NCBI GenBank assembly: GCA_018829445.1
Contig: JAHJTV010000031.1
Location: 26,220 to 90,219 of the forward strand
DNA length: 64,000 nucleotides
From: a bacterium
GTDB lineage: Bacteria > SAR324 > XYD2-FULL-50-16
Direction: 5' to 3'
This document shows, piece after piece, positions 20,122 through 30,681 of the stretch (positions are counted from its first letter, which is position 1; the number at the start of each line of letters is the position of its first letter). The position numbers were made by a program, and so were the translations under genes. Below the pieces are notes generated by a model that saw only the letters and a list, made by a program, of their open reading frames with translations, had not been told where the DNA came from and did not search any database.

Positions 20122-20455
20122 ACGTTAATATTGATTTGATGCCGGTTACGATTTTTGTTATGCCTAGTGATACTCCTATCCTGTTAAACCATAGGATAGC
20201 ACCTGAATCATCAGGTTTCAAGTTTATCTTGCTGACAATGATGGTTTCTTTTCGATTCTATGCCCGATATTTAATCCCAGGTTACCATGTCTTGGCAGTC
20301 TCGTAATACAAAAAAGCCGGCAAGATTGCCCCAACTCATGATTAGCAAATCTATAAGAAGCCTTATCCGTTTTAGGTACTGCCACTGAAATTTGGCAATT
20401 GAAAGAAGATGACCACCCTTTCTAACAAAATATACGGGTAAAAATAGAAAAGTCC

Positions 20456-21418
20456 TTAACTGGTTTCTTCGTTTTCAGGTACCACGGCATTTGACAGATC
20501 ACCGAATATTTCGCTCAATTCGTCGATTACCTTTTTTTCATATTTAGAAACGGCCAGAAACCCGGCAATGCCACCAGATGCTTTTGCCACTTCATTTGCC
20601 AACCGGTAAAGATCGGATTTGATTGTATCGGACTCCTCCTTTACGAAGATTTTTTCTATAAAGTGGATTGTCCGTTTAACCTGTTTAACATCTTTTTTAA
20701 ATTTGCCCCGGTTATATAAAAGCAGGAATTCGTTGAAGAAATAGGATGTGCTTGTAAAAAACATCCGCGTACAGTCACTGTTGCACCATTCCAGATCTCT
20801 AATAATCCTTAAGAATTCTATTCGTTCGGCATTGTCTATATTTTTATCAGCATGCGCCACCAGAAGAAACAATTGAAATGGTAACTCGGCCAACAGGTCG
20901 ATCAGCGATTTGGCTTTTGATGGAAATTCCCTGTAAAAACTGTTTAAATCCTTTAAAATCGAATCTGTCTTTTCCTCCAATTCTCTATTCTCCGATTTCT
21001 CCTTGGCTTGTTTGAAATAGTCAGCAAAGGAGTTGGCAAGGACAGTATTATCTTTAATAAAATGTTCCGATTCGGTGGGAGTTAAAAACTGGTTTATTAA
21101 ACCGACAGTTTTCTGATACTCCGAATAGAAAGGTTTGATATTTTTGCTGGCAAAATCTTTTTTAAAATTGGGTATCAGCTGTTTGCTCTGATTGGTAATA
21201 TACTTGGTATAGTCGCTTGTGCACCAGTTGGTGTCGGATAGCATTTGTGTTAACACGCTGAAAACTTTTTCAAAATCATCTTTCTCCAAATCAGCAAAAT
21301 GCAGGAATAATTGGAAAGGCAGGCAGTCAATGCGTCTGTTATATTGTTTTTTAAGGTTCTTAAAATACGGGTTCATTAGTCTGAAATCTAATGGACAGCA
21401 TGTTTGAAGAGATCTCAA
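20456..21418 (-). CDS. Hypothetical protein with duplicated TerB-like helical domain
   Basis: VAHADxxIDxxE and VAxASGG..xSxxE TerB-like motifs; LPFQLFL...WCxSD occurs twice. Confidence 0.55.
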   Translation of the reverse strand: MRSLQTCCPLDFRLMNPYFKNLKKQYNRRIDCLPFQLFLHFADLEKDDFEKVFSVLTQMLSDTNWCTSDYTKYITNQSKQLIPNFKKDFASKNIKPFYSEYQKTVGLINQFLTPTESEHFIKDNTVLANSFADYFKQAKEKSENRELEEKTDSILKDLNSFYREFPSKAKSLIDLLAELPFQLFLLVAHADKNIDNAERIEFLRIIRDLEWCNSDCTRMFFTSTSYFFNEFLLLYNRGKFKKDVKQVKRTIHFIEKIFVKEESDTIKSDLYRLANEVAKASGGIAGFLAVSKYEKKVIDELSEIFGDLSNAVVPENEETS

Positions 21419-21715
21419 CGTCCATGAGGGTGTTTTTTAAATTGAGTATGAAGCTTCCAATTAAAATAAGTTTAGCCTACTCGAATCCTTGAAACAACTA
21501 TTTAATAATGGTATCAATTGGCCGTGGATGCTCACAATTAAACCTTAACCCGTTTAAATAGCAGTAAGAGGTATCATTAAAACGGAATACGGGGCGTTAT
21601 AATTCTACAAAAACCATAAAGGAATGTTTTGACAGTTTTTCCCACCGTGAGTAACGTTCAGAGGACAATAGCCTACATAAACTCAAGATTTTTATGATAA
21701 AAACCATATACCGAA

Positions 21716-22468
21716 ATGCGTCAATATCCTGATAAACCCGATAAAATCTACTTCTTTGGAACCTGCCTGATTGAAATGTTATACCCTGAAGCCGGTATCG
21801 CAGCTGTCCGTTTACTTAAACGTGAAGGGATTGGAATCATCTTTCCCAAGGATCAAAGCTGCTGCGGCCAGCCCGCATACAACACCGGATATCGGCACGA
21901 AGCAAAAAAAGTAGCCTTAAAACAGATCAGACTGTTTAACAAGGATTATCCTGTGATAGTCCCTTCCGGTTCTTGTGCCGGAATGATGAAGTTTCATTAT
22001 CCAAAACTTTTTGCCAAAGATTCGGAACTGGATGAGGTCAAAGCGTTTTCCGCCAGGGTGTTCGAATTGACAGAATTTCTGGTGAATGTATTAAACATAA
22101 AACTTGAAGATAAGGGACCACCGCTGAACGTAACCTGGCATTCTTCATGTCATGCCCTTCGGGAGATGGAGATTGTTACCGAATCAAAATCACTGCTTAA
22201 ACAACTATCAAATGTTAATCTGGTTGAACTGCGGAATGAACACCAATGCTGTGGCTTTGGTGGGACATTTTCGGTAAAACAACCGGAAATATCAGCTGCC
22301 ATGGTCAGGGACAAGTTGGACGATATCATCCAAACCGGTGTGACTGAAGTCATAAGTGGGGATTGTGGCTGTCTGGTTAACATTGGCAGTGCTGCTAAGA
22401 AACAGAATGCCTTGGTTCAAGGACAACACATTGCCGAGTTTTTGTGGGAGAGAATCCGTGACAAATAG
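21716..22468 (+). CDS. lutA: L-lactate utilization protein A (CCG domains)
   Basis: QSCCGQP, SGSC, HSSCH, CCGFGGTF, DCGC. Confidence 0.92.
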   Translation: MRQYPDKPDKIYFFGTCLIEMLYPEAGIAAVRLLKREGIGIIFPKDQSCCGQPAYNTGYRHEAKKVALKQIRLFNKDYPVIVPSGSCAGMMKFHYPKLFAKDSELDEVKAFSARVFELTEFLVNVLNIKLEDKGPPLNVTWHSSCHALREMEIVTESKSLLKQLSNVNLVELRNEHQCCGFGGTFSVKQPEISAAMVRDKLDDIIQTGVTEVISGDCGCLVNIGSAAKKQNALVQGQHIAEFLWERIRDK

Positions 22469-23879
22469 ACTGTTTAACTTCAAACAAAACGTCTCCACAG
22501 CCCTGCAGGACAAACAACTGCGTGGTAATCTCAAATCAGCCATGGACAGCATGATACAGAAAAGACGAGAGCTGTTTGCCGATCACCAGGAGTTTGAAAA
22601 GCTCAGGGAACTGGGGAGTTCTATTCGACAACGATCACTGGAGCAGCTTCCGCAATTGCTTGAATCCTTGGAAAAAAAATGTCTCTCAAACGGTATCACT
22701 GTCCATTGGGCAAAAACAAAAACAGACGCTAACGATATCGTACTAAAGATTATTAAAAGCAAAAAAGCCTCCAACGTTGTAAAGGGCAAGTCCATGGTGT
22801 CCGAAGAGATGTTTCTCAATGAATATCTTCAGCAACATGGAATTAATCCCATGGAAACAGACCTGGGAGAGTATATTATTCAACTGGCCGGTGAATCGCC
22901 TTCCCATATTATTGTTCCGGCAATCCATAAAAACAGGGCTGAAATTGCCGAACTTTTTCGAAATCATATTCCTGATGCTCCCCATACGGAAAAAGTTGAG
23001 GAGTTGAACAGCATCGCCCGTCAAACCTTGCGCAAGTATTTTTTTGAAGCTGAAATTGGAATCAGTGGGGTCAATATGGCGGTTGCAGAAACTGGGACCT
23101 TGTGCCTGGTTGAAAATGAGGGTAACGGCAGAATGTGTACGACTTTACCACCCGTTCATATAGCCGTTATGGGTTTGGAAAAAGTAGTTGAGAAACTGGC
23201 CGATGTTCCACCCCTGCTGAAACTGCTGACTGGTTCTGCAACGGGTCAGCGGATTACCACCTATGTAAACATGATAACTTCTCCCAGGAAGCCGGGCGAA
23301 AAAGATGGACCGGATGAGGTGCACCTTATTATCCTTGATAATGGCAGATCAAAAATTCTGGCCGATCCTGAACTGAGACAAACCCTCAAGTGTATCCGCT
23401 GTGGTACTTGCCTCAACCACTGCCCGGTTTATACAAGAATCGGAGGTCATGCTTACGGATTTATCTACCCGGGACCCATCGGCACCATCTTGACTCCGCA
23501 ACTGGAAGGACTTGATAAGACGGATAGTCTGATCAATGCATCCAGCCTGTGCAATGCCTGTGAAGAGGTTTGCCCGGTTAAAATTCCAATTCCGGACCTA
23601 ATCCGAAGGTTAAGAGATGAGAAAACAACAAAAAAGGGAGTGGTTAACGGTCATGGATCGGGGCGCTCTTTATTCGAGGAAACCGCTTGGAAAGGATGGG
23701 CTCTGGTTAACAAATATCCGCTACTCAACAGGATCGGATTAAAGAGTCTAAGAACATTGGGTGTGAAAATTCCTGAAATCGGTCCCGTAAAATCCTGGGC
23801 AAAAAGTCGTTGCGTTCCGGAACTATCAAAAAAGGGTCTTTATGAGCTGGTACAACGTGAGGGGGTTGAAAATGAGTAA
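22458..23879 (+). CDS. lutB: L-lactate utilization protein B (Fe-S)
   Basis: KSMVSEE, ETDLGE, CIRCGxCLNxCPVY, CxxCxxxCPVKI; GTG start at 22458. Confidence 0.93.
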   Translation: MTNRLFNFKQNVSTALQDKQLRGNLKSAMDSMIQKRRELFADHQEFEKLRELGSSIRQRSLEQLPQLLESLEKKCLSNGITVHWAKTKTDANDIVLKIIKSKKASNVVKGKSMVSEEMFLNEYLQQHGINPMETDLGEYIIQLAGESPSHIIVPAIHKNRAEIAELFRNHIPDAPHTEKVEELNSIARQTLRKYFFEAEIGISGVNMAVAETGTLCLVENEGNGRMCTTLPPVHIAVMGLEKVVEKLADVPPLLKLLTGSATGQRITTYVNMITSPRKPGEKDGPDEVHLIILDNGRSKILADPELRQTLKCIRCGTCLNHCPVYTRIGGHAYGFIYPGPIGTILTPQLEGLDKTDSLINASSLCNACEEVCPVKIPIPDLIRRLRDEKTTKKGVVNGHGSGRSLFEETAWKGWALVNKYPLLNRIGLKSLRTLGVKIPEIGPVKSWAKSRCVPELSKKGLYELVQREGVENE

Positions 23880-24552
23880 AACAGCACGAGAGGTTATCCT
23901 CTCCTCACTGACATCAGCAGTGACGTTAGACAGCCTGACTCCAAAAGCTTCGGAAACGGTACTCTTAAAGAACTGGTCTCTGAATGAACGAATTGAAAAA
24001 TTGAAAAACAACCTGGAATCGGTTCGGGGAGAAGTGCATATCACAAAAAACAAAAACTGGATAAAGGTTCTAGAATCCATTTTGATAAAACGGGGAATCT
24101 CATCCATTCTATACTCCCCGCACATCTCCATTGGAAAACAGATCTCTGACCACTGGAAACGCAGTTCAATCAAGCTACCAGACCTGATCGTTTATGAAGA
24201 GAATTTTGAACTCTTTAAAGATAAACTATTCAAAGCTGAGGCATCCATTACCTCTGCCCGGGGAGCAATAGCTGAAAACGGGTCCATCATACTCTGGCCA
24301 GATAAAAATGAACCCCGGTCAATGTCCCTGGTACCGCCAGTTCACATAGCCGTTCTTAATGCTACAGATATCTTCAATACGTTTTCAGAAGCACTGTCAG
24401 ATAACAACTGGATTGAGAATCCTCCCACCAATGCAATAATGATAAATGGCCCCTCTAAGACTGCGGACATAGAACTGATTCTGGCTTTTGGCGTTCACGG
24501 CCCTAAAGAACAGATTACCCTTATAATAACCCAGGACCGCTCTGAAATGTAA
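23872..24552 (+). CDS. lutC: L-lactate utilization protein C
   Basis: IAENG, SLVPPVH, GPSKTADIE, GVHGP. Confidence 0.92.
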   Translation: MSKTAREVILSSLTSAVTLDSLTPKASETVLLKNWSLNERIEKLKNNLESVRGEVHITKNKNWIKVLESILIKRGISSILYSPHISIGKQISDHWKRSSIKLPDLIVYEENFELFKDKLFKAEASITSARGAIAENGSIILWPDKNEPRSMSLVPPVHIAVLNATDIFNTFSEALSDNNWIENPPTNAIMINGPSKTADIELILAFGVHGPKEQITLIITQDRSEM

Positions 24553-24589
24553 ACAGCTTTAAAATCCTATCCTTAAAAACAAATTTCTT

Positions 24590-25483
24590 TTATTTTTTGG
24601 GAGCTTCAGTTCCTATTTTTAACAGATTTGCAATGTTTGCTTTTGGGTCAATCACCGGTTTTATCAGGGGGGTTCGACATGTCATGATGGTGGTTACTCC
24701 CGGTCCGTGTCCAGCCCTGAGACAATCGCTGTGGACGACAATACCGATGGAGACGGCACCCTGCCGATACGCTCTTCCGTAGCGGTTATCGTGATCTATC
24801 AAGGCCACAAAATCGCCGAATCTGATTTTGTCCAACTTATATTTTTTTACGCTTTCTTCATCACTGGTCATGATGTCATAGTCCCCTTTTGCCACATGAG
24901 CCGATCCAATTCCGGATCCCATACAAGCTGCCGGTACTGTTGTGGTTACGGGTACATTCAGAACATTTTTCCCGCTTTTGCTAATATTCATTTTCTTCAG
25001 TAAATCGGGGTCCAGATTAAATAATGTGATATCAGGATAATCGGTCAATTTGAGTCCCTGACCTTTGGCAAAAATCTTGATGGTGTCCGAATAGATCAGT
25101 TTTTCTTTTACTTTCCGGGGAAAATCGATAATGACGTGTTCCGAACCACCATGTGTCCCGATAACATACCCCATCCCACCCTTGGCAGCTCCCGAGGTTA
25201 CATATGCCTTGTTACCAACGCAGGAAAAAAGCTGCAAGGAGACATTAGGATGTTCCAAATGTTTCAATGTATCGGCAGTAGCACTTACTCCAGGCTCTAT
25301 GTGATCACCGGCCCAGCCAAAAGCCGAATCTCCAACTTGTACATTCAGTGTGATGCCGCCAATGGAGGGAAGCATAAATGGACTGCCTTCATGGTCAACC
25401 CCCCAATAATCTCTGGCTCTGGGTTGTCCGGGTTGACATTGTAAAATGAATTCTACTACCTGCTTTGAATTGGTTTTGAGCAT
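24590..25483 (-). CDS. DUF4438 family protein
   Basis: PSxGGITxNV, DHIEPGVS, GxHGG.EH, MGSGxG, GDYDI, VHSD, GHGPG; ATG 25483 with GGAG RBS. Confidence 0.8.
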   Translation of the reverse strand: MLKTNSKQVVEFILQCQPGQPRARDYWGVDHEGSPFMLPSIGGITLNVQVGDSAFGWAGDHIEPGVSATADTLKHLEHPNVSLQLFSCVGNKAYVTSGAAKGGMGYVIGTHGGSEHVIIDFPRKVKEKLIYSDTIKIFAKGQGLKLTDYPDITLFNLDPDLLKKMNISKSGKNVLNVPVTTTVPAACMGSGIGSAHVAKGDYDIMTSDEESVKKYKLDKIRFGDFVALIDHDNRYGRAYRQGAVSIGIVVHSDCLRAGHGPGVTTIMTCRTPLIKPVIDPKANIANLLKIGTEAPKK

Positions 25484-25785
25484 TTTTTCTCCTGTGACGG
25501 GTGAGAAGATACAAAAAAAGATCATTGAATATTAGCTTTTCATACAGGATAGAGTGAGTTTTTGTCGATATCCAATTCAAGCGATTCAGTGATATGTTTT
25601 CTGACGCTAACCGGGGCATGCTTTCAAAATCTTGTATCACAATTTTTTTGTTGTCTCTTCCTGTTAATAATAAGGAACTGTATCTGCTAAATTTTCATAG
25701 ACTTGTATGTTCTGGTTGTATGCAATATTTATCTATTTTCCTTGTAGCTAACGGCTAACAGCTCAAAACTGCCATGGAATAGGCC

Positions 25786-25814
25786 TTGACTATAAATGAA
25801 TGAACATTTACTTT
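25786..25814 (+). promoter_or_regulatory. Sigma-70 promoter of tetR with overlapping operator; probably leaderless
   Basis: TTGACT-N17-TACTTT, ATG 7 nt downstream, no SD; taaatgaatgaacattta (25793-25810) lies across the spacer. Confidence 0.6.
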
Positions 25815-25820
25815 AGACTC

Positions 25821-26393
25821 ATGAGAACTAAAGATGAAGTAAAGCATGACGCCATTATTCAGGCTACAATTAAGTTGGTGAACAAGATCGGATTTGTATC
25901 CAGTTCGGTTTCGAAGATCGCCAAAGAAGCAGGGGTATCTCCAGCCACTCTTTATATCTATTATAAAAATAAAGAAGACCTGTTAACCTCAACCTACGTC
26001 AGCATAAAACAGCTCATGGGCAAGGTGCTGCTCAAAGAATTGGATGATAGTCAACCGATCAGGGATTCTTTAAAAAAAATCTGGTTAAACCTGTTTGATT
26101 TCACTAGGGAAAACCCGGAGTATTTTCAATTCACCGAACAATTCGCCAACTCTCCCTATAGCGATTTGGTAAAGCGGACAGAAGTGGAAAAATACTTTGA
26201 ACCTTTATCCAGGATTGTCATTCGGGGAATTGAGCAAAAAATTATCAAGGATATCTCTTTTGATGTCCTGAGAGCATTTTACTTCCACCCTGCCATGGTG
26301 CTTTCAAATGCCCGCTTATGTCAAGAATTCAAGAGTACCCCGGAAAACGTTGAAGCGGCTTTTAATCTGGCTTGGGATGCTATTCGCTTATGA
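25821..26393 (+). CDS. TetR/AcrR family transcriptional regulator
   Basis: IAKEAGVSPATLYxYYKNKEDL HTH. Confidence 0.93.
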   Translation: MRTKDEVKHDAIIQATIKLVNKIGFVSSSVSKIAKEAGVSPATLYIYYKNKEDLLTSTYVSIKQLMGKVLLKELDDSQPIRDSLKKIWLNLFDFTRENPEYFQFTEQFANSPYSDLVKRTEVEKYFEPLSRIVIRGIEQKIIKDISFDVLRAFYFHPAMVLSNARLCQEFKSTPENVEAAFNLAWDAIRL

Positions 26394-26410
26394 GGGGTTT
26401 TGCATTGAAC

Positions 26411-26428
26411 TAAATGAATATTCATTTA
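26411..26428. promoter_or_regulatory. Perfect 18-bp palindrome resembling the tetR operator
   Basis: TAAATGAATATTCATTTA. Confidence 0.55.
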
Positions 26429-26541
26429 AGTGCCGAAACAGGAGCCATTCTATTATAAATTGGGTAATAACACCGGGAGGGGATGGCCACAAACACTCCC
26501 TATCATTTGATTTAATTAAAATGACAGGAGCTACTATTGCT

Positions 26542-27630
26542 TCAGGTATTCGCCAACATAAAATCTATTTTCTGTTTTTCCTCACCGTTGACAATAATTG
26601 ATATTTCGTGTTTCCCGGCATGATGCTTTCGAGTTGACATGTTGATAAAACTCTGTTTTCTCGACACCGAGTAAGTACCAGGAGGGAACGTTTTTTCGGA
26701 AATCTGAAATACTTTTCTGTTGTGTTTTCCATTTGCCTTCAAATAGTACACACCGTATTCCAGTCTGACTTTACACTCTTTTTTACCCTCAACTGCCAGT
26801 TTAAATGAAAAATGAAGCTCATCGCCGATGGTTATGCTCTTTTTACTGAGTGTCAGGTTGTTGACGGTAAGATTGTCGGGATTTTCAAAGCCAAAAATTA
26901 TTAAAGCTCTCTTGTTGCCTTCTTTTAACATAGTTCGGCAGGCATGCTTGATGATCTCATCGGTATTCCTGGAATCGCCAAACCACTTTTCTGCCAGCTC
27001 CAGTACAATATCGGGATTATCTTTGGAGATATCATTAAGATTATTGGCAACACTACGGCGTACCGATTCCGATTCATCATTCTTTAGCTTTTCCAGAATC
27101 GGCAGGATCAACGAGGGATCTTTTTTAAATCCGGGTAAAGCCATAGCCCAGGGAAGCCGCGGTCGACACCCTTCACTTGCAAACCGTCGCACCTTTTCAT
27201 CTTCACTCTCAGCCAATTGAGACATAAATGCCATTGTTTCTTTGGGCTTTTTTGCCAGAAATGGACGAATCGCAAATTCCGATGAAGAAAACCTTGTGAA
27301 ATGGGCCAGAGCTGATAACGACAAATCCCAGTGTTCAATCCCATATAATTCAACAAAATCGGGAAGTGTCATTGCTTCAAATCCGGAAATATTCGGAGCA
27401 GCTTTTTTTAGAATACTGACGGCTGTCTCATAATCTTCCGGTAGTGTTTGTCGTAAGCACTCAGTGGTATGTCGCATCTTTTGCTTAAGCTCACAGTGAT
27501 CCCAGTTGGAATCATAAATCAGCCGGTTAAACTGCTCTTTATTAAACTCGGGATACTGCTTCTTAATAGCAACAGCAAAAGTCTCCAACGATTTCCTGGT
27601 AAAAAATTGATCTTTTAAACGTTCAGCCAT
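26542..27630 (-). CDS. DNA alkylation repair protein (AlkC/AlkD-like HEAT-repeat) with C-terminal beta domain
   Basis: SSEFAIRPF, RRxASEGxRPRLPW, SVANNLND, TRKHxxGxH. Confidence 0.88.
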   Translation of the reverse strand: MAERLKDQFFTRKSLETFAVAIKKQYPEFNKEQFNRLIYDSNWDHCELKQKMRHTTECLRQTLPEDYETAVSILKKAAPNISGFEAMTLPDFVELYGIEHWDLSLSALAHFTRFSSSEFAIRPFLAKKPKETMAFMSQLAESEDEKVRRFASEGCRPRLPWAMALPGFKKDPSLILPILEKLKNDESESVRRSVANNLNDISKDNPDIVLELAEKWFGDSRNTDEIIKHACRTMLKEGNKRALIIFGFENPDNLTVNNLTLSKKSITIGDELHFSFKLAVEGKKECKVRLEYGVYYLKANGKHNRKVFQISEKTFPPGTYSVSRKQSFINMSTRKHHAGKHEISIIVNGEEKQKIDFMLANT

Positions 27631-27819
27631 TGTGTGAGATATCCATAAATATATTAATAGATTGCAGACATAATCACGGTAACCCAAGTCTAAAAACTCT
27701 TTGAGTTTTGGAAAGTATAAAATGGAAGATCAATTATGAAAAGTACTAACTCAACTTTCCCTACCTAATGAATCGGATATTTTGCTTTGCTTCTGTTTTT
27801 TCTTCGGTGTTAGTAAGCG

Positions 27820-27954
27820 AGAATGCAGGAGAAAGGAGCCAGGAGTCAGAAGGCTGATCTGAGCACCTTTAGTGCATTTTACATATTTTTTATACCAATG
27901 GAGCGTAGTGACTCCTTTCTTATTCTGTCTCCTGATTCCTGTCTTCCTTATTCT
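27820..27954. repeat. Inverted arrays of 7-bp units (AGGAGTC-like) flanking a short spacer
   Basis: agaatgc-aggagaa-aggagcc-aggagtc-agaa ... ttct-gtctcct-gattcct-gtcttcct-tattct. Confidence 0.65.
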
Positions 27955-28198
27955 ATTAAACTGTCATTTTTAAGTATTTACATTGCCTATCCAATTATGA
28001 TTCTCACATTTCTGGAAGTGGGATAGTTGAGGTACTAACTTGTTCTGACCTATTTGAAGTGCTCAAAATGATCTTAATCACTTGTTTGAAACCTTGGAGT
28101 GAAGTATGTTGGTTTTACTTTGCTCACCTACAAATGAATCCGGGATGTTTTATCCTGTATCTTCAGTTATATTCACCACATGATTGACAAGGTTTAAG

Positions 28199-28843
28199 AT
28201 GGATCCAGTAATTATAATCATTAATGTTGCTGCATTGGGTATCATATTTTATCTGTTTAGACTCTCCCGAAAACGAAAGAAGTTGGAGGCCTCATCAACA
28301 ACAGATAAGCGACTGGAAACCATCCCCAAGGATGAAATTCGGTTGGAGAATGTTCAAGTGGGTGGTGTTGTACACGTCAGCCTGATGGAAGACAGTTATG
28401 AAGATTATGATTTGGTCATTACTCAGAAGAACAGTTATCGATCGGGAAGTGATTTCTGGTACGAGCTTGTTGGTGATAACGCAAGAGCCCAGGTTGCGCT
28501 GGAGTTCGAACTAACCGACAGCTTATTGATTACAATCCAGATGGAACGATTAAAGTTGCAGGACCTGCCGATCAGTAGATCCGATCTTGATCAGATTGAC
28601 CAGAATGAATCAGGCTCATTTGATTTTGATGAAAAAAACTTCTCTTTTACTGATTCTGGCGAAGCTTCATTTTATAAGAATTGCAACGATAAGCAGGCTG
28701 AGGATTTTTATTATTGGGAGTTTAAGACAACAGATGGCAAATATATCGTCAGTTGTGAACAGTGGGATGATGGATCCATTGATGTTACGTATTCCAAGGC
28801 AATTCCTCAATCCAGCATTGAAGTCTACAGTTTGAAAGGATAA
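28199..28843 (+). CDS. DUF4178-like protein with N-terminal TM anchor
   Basis: N-terminal TM, then 'WYEL', 'GEA', 'YWEF', 'EQW' pattern. Confidence 0.6.
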   Translation: MDPVIIIINVAALGIIFYLFRLSRKRKKLEASSTTDKRLETIPKDEIRLENVQVGGVVHVSLMEDSYEDYDLVITQKNSYRSGSDFWYELVGDNARAQVALEFELTDSLLITIQMERLKLQDLPISRSDLDQIDQNESGSFDFDEKNFSFTDSGEASFYKNCNDKQAEDFYYWEFKTTDGKYIVSCEQWDDGSIDVTYSKAIPQSSIEVYSLKG

Positions 28844-28857
28844 AAAACGAACCGTTT

Positions 28858-30264
28858 TTAATAATCTGCTGTCTCGTGATTGGCGATGAGCAGCAGCGTA
28901 TCGGTATCTCTGACAATTTCATCCTGCGGATTAATCAAATGATTTTTGTTGCGTTCCAGTCCAATTAAGATCCCAATCTGCTTTTCCAGAAACTCAATTG
29001 CACACTCTTTAAACGACCTGTTTGCCATGTTTGTTGAAACAGGTATTTTGTAGATCTGATTGCCTTCGGTGGATCGAAGCAATTCATTATAAACTTTTGT
29101 TATTCCAGGGTTTTTAACGGAATGCGCCAGCAGGTTTCCGGTATATTTTGCAGAAATAATGAACTCGTCTACCCCCGCATTGGTGATATGGTCGACGTTC
29201 TCCGGTGATAGAATTTCCACACAGGTATAAATGTCGGAATTGATTCTTTCAATGGCCAGCGAAGCTAATATTGTCCGTGCATCAACATCCTGAGGACCCC
29301 TTTCTGAAGTTGTATCCGCCAATACTATTACGGAAGAAGCGTACTCGATTTGCGCCCGTCCCAAAATTTCCCTCCTGGTAAAATCGCCTTTTACAAAATG
29401 AATTCGTTCGGAAAAGAAATAGTCCGGCTGTTCCTCCGCTATCACCACAAAATGTTTCAGCTCGTTTTTGTACAGAGACAGCAACTCCTCTATTACGGTT
29501 GAGGCATTGGAATTCCAACCGCAAATAATGATATGATTCTTAACACCGATTAAATCCATACCTGTAAACTCCTCTCTCTTATAACGCTGCATGATAAATG
29601 ATGATACAAAACCGGTAATCAAGGCAAAGAAACTTAATCCTAAAAGCATGATCACTACCGCCAGGATACGCCCTCCCGTAGTGATAGGAAACTTGTCACC
29701 ATATCCGACCGTGGTCAAGGTAACAATGGACCACCAGAAACCATCCAGAAATCCTTGAAACTGTTCATTCTGTCCTTTTTCGAATATCAAAATGCCAACC
29801 GAGCCTGTCAGGATAATGGTAGCCAGGACAAAACTGATAACACTGGCCTCGACCGCCTTGCCTTGGAGCTCAGCCCCAAGGGAGGATGAGCGATTTGTTA
29901 AGGCCGTTCCCCATTGGCTTGAGCGGATAATTTTGATGATTCTTATCAGCCTGAGAATTCTGACCAACCGAAAAAATCTCAAGATAGGCAATAGGGCGAT
30001 CAGATCAATCAGGTTTTTTTTAACAAAAATCCACCTATTAGGAGCAAGAAATATTCTTGCCAGGTATTCAAAAATAAAAAAAAGATTTAACCCGAGTTCT
30101 ATGGGACGGATGACTGCTTGCACCGTTTTATTGAGCTCCATTGAACTGTCAACGAGGAGAAAGGTAACGGAGGTAATAATGCAGAAAATGACAAAAATCT
30201 CAAAAAACGACGAGTATACAAAATCGGAAAGCAATCTTTTGAATTGTTTGTATGTTTCACCCAT
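28858..30264 (-). CDS. 6TM voltage-gated-type potassium channel with TrkA-N/RCK domain
   Basis: S4 RxxRxxRxxRxxRxxK, TTVGYGD filter, HIIICGW RCK domain. Confidence 0.92.
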   Translation of the reverse strand: MGETYKQFKRLLSDFVYSSFFEIFVIFCIITSVTFLLVDSSMELNKTVQAVIRPIELGLNLFFIFEYLARIFLAPNRWIFVKKNLIDLIALLPILRFFRLVRILRLIRIIKIIRSSQWGTALTNRSSSLGAELQGKAVEASVISFVLATIILTGSVGILIFEKGQNEQFQGFLDGFWWSIVTLTTVGYGDKFPITTGGRILAVVIMLLGLSFFALITGFVSSFIMQRYKREEFTGMDLIGVKNHIIICGWNSNASTVIEELLSLYKNELKHFVVIAEEQPDYFFSERIHFVKGDFTRREILGRAQIEYASSVIVLADTTSERGPQDVDARTILASLAIERINSDIYTCVEILSPENVDHITNAGVDEFIISAKYTGNLLAHSVKNPGITKVYNELLRSTEGNQIYKIPVSTNMANRSFKECAIEFLEKQIGILIGLERNKNHLINPQDEIVRDTDTLLLIANHETADY

Positions 30265-30681
30265 TGCTAAAAAATCCACTCCCTTTGTTTTAAACACCCT
30301 TCTCGCAGCTTGAATAGAAATCTCGTAAAATCGTTTCCTTTTTTTATTTCTGTTTCCGACATTACTTTCTTTTTAACGTTCTATCAAGGGATGTTTAAAC
30401 GGCAATATCAGTAATAGGATATCATCACTATAAGAATGTTCCTAAGTTGATAGATTATCTATTAGGTGTTGTTTAAAACTTCTTTGATTGGTTGACATTC
30501 AGGATAGAAACATCTAAAAATTAAACAACCCTTTTTAGGTGTTGTCTAATTTTTGATTAATTTGTTTCACCAGGAACTCAATTGGCTTGTGGTGTGGCTC
30601 AGGCCTTTCAAATACTGGTCTGAGTCTGTTTTTTATTTCATTGTTGGAACGATCAAATAACTCAATTGATAGAGGAGAACA

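Noticed and set aside
27823-28026. 67-aa ORF
   Set aside because: It is a translation of the heptamer inverted-repeat element and is unlikely to be coding
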